This document shows positions 36,945 through 41,426 of a DNA stretch of 41,426 nucleotides, piece after piece; positions within the stretch are counted from its first letter, which is position 1, and every line of letters begins with the position of its first letter. The stretch is from positions 1 through 41,426 of the forward strand of contig JBDRCO010000084.1 of NCBI GenBank assembly GCA_043821645.1. Direction: 5' to 3'. The translations under genes and the position numbers were made by a program. The stretch is from Pseudomonadota bacterium (GTDB taxonomy: Bacteria; Myxococcota; JACRCW01; JAFGSX01). The notes below the pieces were generated by a model. The model saw only the letters and a list, made by a program, of their open reading frames with translations. It was not told where the DNA came from and searched no databases.

Positions 36945-39900
36945 GACAGGACCCCGGGTGTGGGCGTCTGGCTTGCGAGGGCGACGTCCCGGGACTCGGG
37001 TCGCCTCAGGTGCTCGACGTAGACAAAAAGAGCGGGTACCAGCAACAGCACGAAGAAGGTCGACACCAGGATGCCGAAGCTCAGGCTCACGGCCATGGGG
37101 ATCATCATCTGCGCCTCGGGCGAGGACTCGAAGAGGATGGGCGACAGCCCGAAGAAGGTGGTCACGGTGGTGAGCAGGATGGGTCTGAAACGACGACACG
37201 CGGCCTCGACGGCGGCGTCGAACACGGGCATGCCCGTCGCCACGTTGTTGTTGGCGGTGGTGACATAGACGATGGAGTCGTTGACCACCACGCCGCCCAG
37301 GGCCAGCAAGCCCATCAGGCTGAACATGCTCAGGGGCATGCCGAGGACGAAGTGCGCCATCACAGAGCCGACGAAGCCAAAGGGGATGGCTGCCATGACC
37401 ACGAGCAGCGGCTGTGTGTAGTTGCGCAGTGGAATGGCGATCAACGCGTAGATGGCGATGAGGGCGATGAACACGCCGAGAAGCAGAAAATCCCTGAATC
37501 CCTTGAACTCCTCCGCGCGCCCGCGCAGCCCGTACTCGAGACCCGGGAAGCGCTGCTGCAGCGTGGGCAGGATCTCGGCAAACAGGTTCTGCTCGATCTC
37601 CTGGGCATTGGCCAGGCGCTCGTCGACGTCGGCCTGGATGCGCAGGGTGCGCCGGCCATCGGTACGCTCGATGGATTTGTAGGCGAAACCCGTGCGCACC
37701 TCGGCGGCCTGCATCAGGGGGATCTCGCCGTTGTCGGGAGTGCGCAGCAACAGGCTGTTGACCGACTCCAGCGATTGCCGCTCAGCCTTGGGCAAGCGCA
37801 CCATCACCTTGATCTCGTTGCGCCCGCGCTGCTGCCTGAGTGCCTCGGCGCCGTAGAAGGCCGAGCGCAGCTGTTCACCGATCTCGGCCACGCTGAGGCC
37901 TGCATTGGCCCCTTCGTCGGTGAGCGTGAAGTTCCACTGCGGCTTGCCTTCGGCAATGCCATCGTCGACGTCCTTGGCGCCGGCGTAGGCCCCGAGTTGC
38001 TTGGTGATCTCCCTGGCGGCGCGCTCCAGGACCGAGGTGTCCGAGTGGGCGATGACGAAGTCGATGGGGCGGTTGAGCCCGTGCCGGGTCGAGCTGAAGC
38101 CCAGCGATTCAAGCCCGGTCATCGGTCCCAGTTCCTCCCGCCAGGCCTCGGCAAAGGCCTTGGAGCTGAAGCTGCGCTGGTCGAGGGGCACCAGCAGCAC
38201 GGTCACCGAGGTGATGTGGCTGCCGACCTTGGCTTCGTGGCGGCCGATCCCGATGGTGGACAAGATGCCCAGGCTGACCGACTCGCCGCCCATCCGGTCG
38301 ATGGCGCGCCGGGCCGATGCGATCAGACGCTGCATCACGTCTTCGGTGCTCGTCACGTCGACACCGTAGGGGAGTACAGCCTGGGTCTCGACCTCATCCC
38401 GATCGCCGCCCGGGAAGTCGATGTATTTGATGTGGCCACCGGTCAGCAGGCCCACCACGCTGAGCAAGATGGCGAGGCTGAGCACAAGGGTCACTGCGCG
38501 ATGGCGCACGGCTCGCACCAGCAGAGGCCTATAGGTGCGCTCGATGAAGCCATCCAGGCTTGCCGAGATCCGACGCTGCAGCTCTAGCACCCGGCCGGCC
38601 GAACCATTGCCAGGCATCATGCGAGTGTGCGCGAGATGCGTGGGCAAGATGAAGAAGGACTCGAGCAGCGAGATGGCCAGCACCAGCATGACAATGACGG
38701 GGATGGCGAACTGTATCTTGCCGATGCGGCCGGGGATGAACATCAGCGGTGCGAAGGCGGCCATGGTGGTGGCGATGGAAAAGAAGATGGGCACGGCCAT
38801 CTGCTGCGCGCCTCGGATCGAGGCGTTGATCGCGGACATCCCCTGCTTGCGCAAGTGAAAGATGTTCTCGCCCACCACGATGGCGTCGTCGACCACCATG
38901 CCCAGGGTCACCATGAAGGCGAACATCGAGATCATGTTGAGCGAGATGTCGAACAGCAGGAGCAGCGAGAAGGAACCCAAAAAAGCAATGGGGATGCCCA
39001 TGGCCACCCAGAAGGCCAGCTTGGGCTCCAGCAGCAGTCCCAGCACAAGGAGCACCAGCACCAGGCCAATGCCGGCGTTCTTGAGCAACAGGTTCAGCCG
39101 GCCCTCGAAGTACTGAGCACGATCGTTCCACACCGCCGTGCGTACACTTGCAGGCAGCTCGCGCTGCAGCTCATCGGCAAAGGTGCGCACGGTGCGCGCG
39201 ACGTCAGCTGGCGACTCTGTCCCCGGGCTGTACACGCTGAGCAAAATGGCGGGCTTGCCGTTGAATCGCGCATAGCGCTCATCGTCGGGGGAGAAACCAT
39301 CCCGGATATCGGCCAGCTCGCCCAGGGGTACGGGCCTGCCATTGGCGCCGAACAGGATGGGGATCTGCGCGAACTCCGAGCCGAGGTAACGTCGCTCGTT
39401 CATGCGCAGCAGCACCTCGCCCGAGGGCGTCTTGACGCCGCCACCTGGCTTCTCGAGGGCGGTGCGCCGGATCTGATCGGCGATCACGTCCAGGGTCAGG
39501 TCGTGGCGTCGCAGGACCTCCTGCGAGACCTCGATGCTGATCTCCAGCGGCTTGGCGCCAACCAGATCCACCATGGACACACCGTCAAGCTGCAGTAGGC
39601 GGTCGCGAACATCCTCGGCCAGCCTGCGCAGGGTCCACTCGTCGATGTCGCCGTAGAGCACCAGGTCGAGCACCCCGTGCTTGTGCTCGGCCATGGCCAC
39701 CAGGGGTTTCTCGGCTTCGAGCGGGAAGGTGCGAATGCGGTCGACGGCGTTCTTGACGTCCATCAGCGCCTTCTCGCGGCTGACGCCGTTCTGCAGCTCG
39801 ATCATCACCGTGCCGCCACCTTCCGACGCCACCGAGTCCAGGCGCTTGATGCCCTCGAGGTCGCGCACCTGTTCTTCGATGGCAAGCAGGATGCCGCGCT

Positions 39901-40099
39901 CGACCTCCTCAGGGCCGGCACCCGGGTAGGCGACGTCGATTGCGACCACGTCGATCTGGACGTCGGGAAAGACCTCCTTCTGGATCTGGTAGATCGCGAT
40001 GATGCCGCTGACCAGGAGGGCCGCCATGAGCAGGTTGGCAGCAACCGAGTTCTGGGCCATCCAGGCAATGGGGCCCCTGGCCGTTCTGTCCCGGCTCAT
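36941..40099 (-). CDS. RND efflux transporter permease (AcrB/AcrD/AcrF family)
   Basis: 1052 aa with YPGA.PEEVE, GMVVDDAIVVGEN and RFRPILLT..TT motifs; two TM bundles. Confidence 0.96.
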   Translation of the reverse strand: MSRDRTARGPIAWMAQNSVAANLLMAALLVSGIIAIYQIQKEVFPDVQIDVVAIDVAYPGAGPEEVERGILLAIEEQVRDLEGIKRLDSVASEGGGTVMIELQNGVSREKALMDVKNAVDRIRTFPLEAEKPLVAMAEHKHGVLDLVLYGDIDEWTLRRLAEDVRDRLLQLDGVSMVDLVGAKPLEISIEVSQEVLRRHDLTLDVIADQIRRTALEKPGGGVKTPSGEVLLRMNERRYLGSEFAQIPILFGANGRPVPLGELADIRDGFSPDDERYARFNGKPAILLSVYSPGTESPADVARTVRTFADELQRELPASVRTAVWNDRAQYFEGRLNLLLKNAGIGLVLVLLVLGLLLEPKLAFWVAMGIPIAFLGSFSLLLLFDISLNMISMFAFMVTLGMVVDDAIVVGENIFHLRKQGMSAINASIRGAQQMAVPIFFSIATTMAAFAPLMFIPGRIGKIQFAIPVIVMLVLAISLLESFFILPTHLAHTRMMPGNGSAGRVLELQRRISASLDGFIERTYRPLLVRAVRHRAVTLVLSLAILLSVVGLLTGGHIKYIDFPGGDRDEVETQAVLPYGVDVTSTEDVMQRLIASARRAIDRMGGESVSLGILSTIGIGRHEAKVGSHITSVTVLLVPLDQRSFSSKAFAEAWREELGPMTGLESLGFSSTRHGLNRPIDFVIAHSDTSVLERAAREITKQLGAYAGAKDVDDGIAEGKPQWNFTLTDEGANAGLSVAEIGEQLRSAFYGAEALRQQRGRNEIKVMVRLPKAERQSLESVNSLLLRTPDNGEIPLMQAAEVRTGFAYKSIERTDGRRTLRIQADVDERLANAQEIEQNLFAEILPTLQQRFPGLEYGLRGRAEEFKGFRDFLLLGVFIALIAIYALIAIPLRNYTQPLLVVMAAIPFGFVGSVMAHFVLGMPLSMFSLMGLLALGGVVVNDSIVYVTTANNNVATGMPVFDAAVEAACRRFRPILLTTVTTFFGLSPILFESSPEAQMMIPMAVSLSFGILVSTFFVLLLVPALFVYVEHLRRPESRDVALASQTPTPGVLS

Positions 40100-41391
40100 G
40101 GGCGGGCCGTCGCCGCTTCGGTCTCTCGAACTCCAATCCGCGGCGATTCTCCCGCAGCCTGGGCCTTTGCTGTTTCCAATGCCAGGGTCTTGGGCGCGAG
40201 AGCAACGTGCATGCCGGGGATGGGCGACGACAGGTGGCTGGTGATGATGCGCTCCTGCGGCTGCACCCCGCCGCGCACGTACACCGTCTCATCGTCACGC
40301 CACACCACCTCGACCGAGCGAAAGGCCAGCAGGCCAGCGGCGTCACGGATCCAGATCTGTCCGCCCTCGCGCAGCGCACCGCGGGGCAGCGCGATCAGGT
40401 CCGGCAGGGTGCGTCCCTGAATCTCGAGGTGCACGAAGGAACCCACGAGCAAGGGCAACGCGGTCTGGTTGCTGGCCGGGAGCGAGCTGGCGCCGTCGTC
40501 ATCCGGGACCGCAAAAGGATCTGTGATGCCGATGAGCAAGCGAGCCAACTTGCCACGCTCGGTCAGGCTGGGCAGCAGGCCCAGCACGCGGCCACTGCGC
40601 ACGATCTCGACGCTGTTGGTGAGTTTCTGGCTCACCCGTACCACCGATCCCTGCTCGGCGTTGAGCCCGGGCACGTCTATCCACCGCAGCTGCTCGGTCG
40701 GCAGTGCGGCTTCTGCCCAGGCCTCGTTGCTGGAGTACAGCGAGGCGAGCGTGGATTGCGGTGATACCACCTGGCCGACGTCGACGAGCCTCTCCTGCAC
40801 CCTGGCGTCGAAGGGCGCACGCAGCATCGTGCGACTGAGAGACAGCTCGGCCTGCTCGAGGCGACTGCGCGCCGCGTCCAGCTGGGCATTGGCGTTCTCG
40901 ACGTGGGACTCGCGGCTGGCCAGGCGCAGGCCCTGCTGGGTCGGTGCCAGCTCACCACCCACGAGCTGCAACTCGCGCCGAGCGGCCGAGCGCTGGCCAA
41001 CCTGCACATCGACGGCGAGCTGGGCCTGGGTGACCTCGGCCTGGTTCGCCCGGATGGCCAGCTCGAAGTCCCTGGGATCGATCTGGACCAGCAGCTCGCC
41101 CTTCTTGACTCGACCACCCGGCAGCAGGCCGGGGTTGACGAAGACCACCCTCCCGCTCACCTGCGGCATCAACCTGACGGACTGGGAGGGTTGCACACCC
41201 CCCATGGCGCGCACCACGACCGGGACTGCAGCAGGTACGGCCTCGATCACCTCCACCAGGGGCGCGGTGGCTTCGGCAGATCGCCGATGGGGTTGGGAAC
41301 GCGAGAAGGTCAGTGCCAGAAAAACGAAGATCCCTGCGCCAGCGATGAGCAGGATGATCGCCTTGTAGGTCCAGCTCCCGTGCCCTGTCAC
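40096..41391 (-). CDS. RND periplasmic adaptor (membrane fusion protein)
   Basis: N-terminal TM; PQVSGRV, G..VKKGELL..ID, L.RT.L.APFD, L.VGSFV...I. Stop overlaps the permease ATG. Confidence 0.93.
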   Translation of the reverse strand: MTGHGSWTYKAIILLIAGAGIFVFLALTFSRSQPHRRSAEATAPLVEVIEAVPAAVPVVVRAMGGVQPSQSVRLMPQVSGRVVFVNPGLLPGGRVKKGELLVQIDPRDFELAIRANQAEVTQAQLAVDVQVGQRSAARRELQLVGGELAPTQQGLRLASRESHVENANAQLDAARSRLEQAELSLSRTMLRAPFDARVQERLVDVGQVVSPQSTLASLYSSNEAWAEAALPTEQLRWIDVPGLNAEQGSVVRVSQKLTNSVEIVRSGRVLGLLPSLTERGKLARLLIGITDPFAVPDDDGASSLPASNQTALPLLVGSFVHLEIQGRTLPDLIALPRGALREGGQIWIRDAAGLLAFRSVEVVWRDDETVYVRGGVQPQERIITSHLSSPIPGMHVALAPKTLALETAKAQAAGESPRIGVRETEAATARP

Positions 41392-41426
41392 GTCCGCTCC
41401 GTCGTCGAAGGGTTCGACTTCTGTCC

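Noticed and set aside
5208-38587. Long antisense or alternate-frame ORFs (e.g. 5208..6959, 10547..12256, 12253..13833, 24838..26967, 27950..29722, 37010..38587)
   Set aside because: Typical stop-poor shadows of real genes in high-GC DNA, with no recognisable motifs.
41405-41426. tRNA fragment suggested by GGTTCGACT
   Set aside because: No supporting cloverleaf. The segment sits just upstream of the MFP gene and may be the end of an upstream minus-strand gene.

Overview
GC-rich bacterial DNA whose gene content points to Myxococcota (inferred from MYXO-CTERM-like sorting tails, a DUF6178-like protein and many Cys-rich lipoproteins). About 30 protein-coding genes can be supported. Housekeeping or metabolic genes: FKBP PPIase, yaeQ, an SDR-like oxidoreductase, dienelactone hydrolase, an rsgA paralogue, two SAM methyltransferases, yaiI, a patatin lipase and an MFP-RND-TolC efflux operon followed by an L,D-transpeptidase. 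The accessory block (about 8.5-28.5 kb) encodes surface or secreted proteins: a carboxylesterase lipoprotein, MYXO-CTERM proteins, DUF1566 and other Cys-rich lipoproteins, and two adjacent signal-less peptidoglycan peptidases. The best candidate for an undescribed system is a five-gene module at 23.4-28.5 kb: a divergent GNAT, a lipid-anchored collagen fibre with four CBM5/12-like knots and a polyglycine tip, a phage tail-collar protein, a Tat substrate and a DUF6916-like protein. Hand reading also found a PKD gene whose MYXO-CTERM anchor lies behind an in-frame TAA, a uORF/anti-SD leader before rsgA, and an intergenic GGTGCCTGGCACC-type palindrome family. No rRNA, canonical tRNA, CRISPR array, transposase, integrase or reverse transcriptase was recognised. 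All family assignments come from motif recognition by eye, not database searches.
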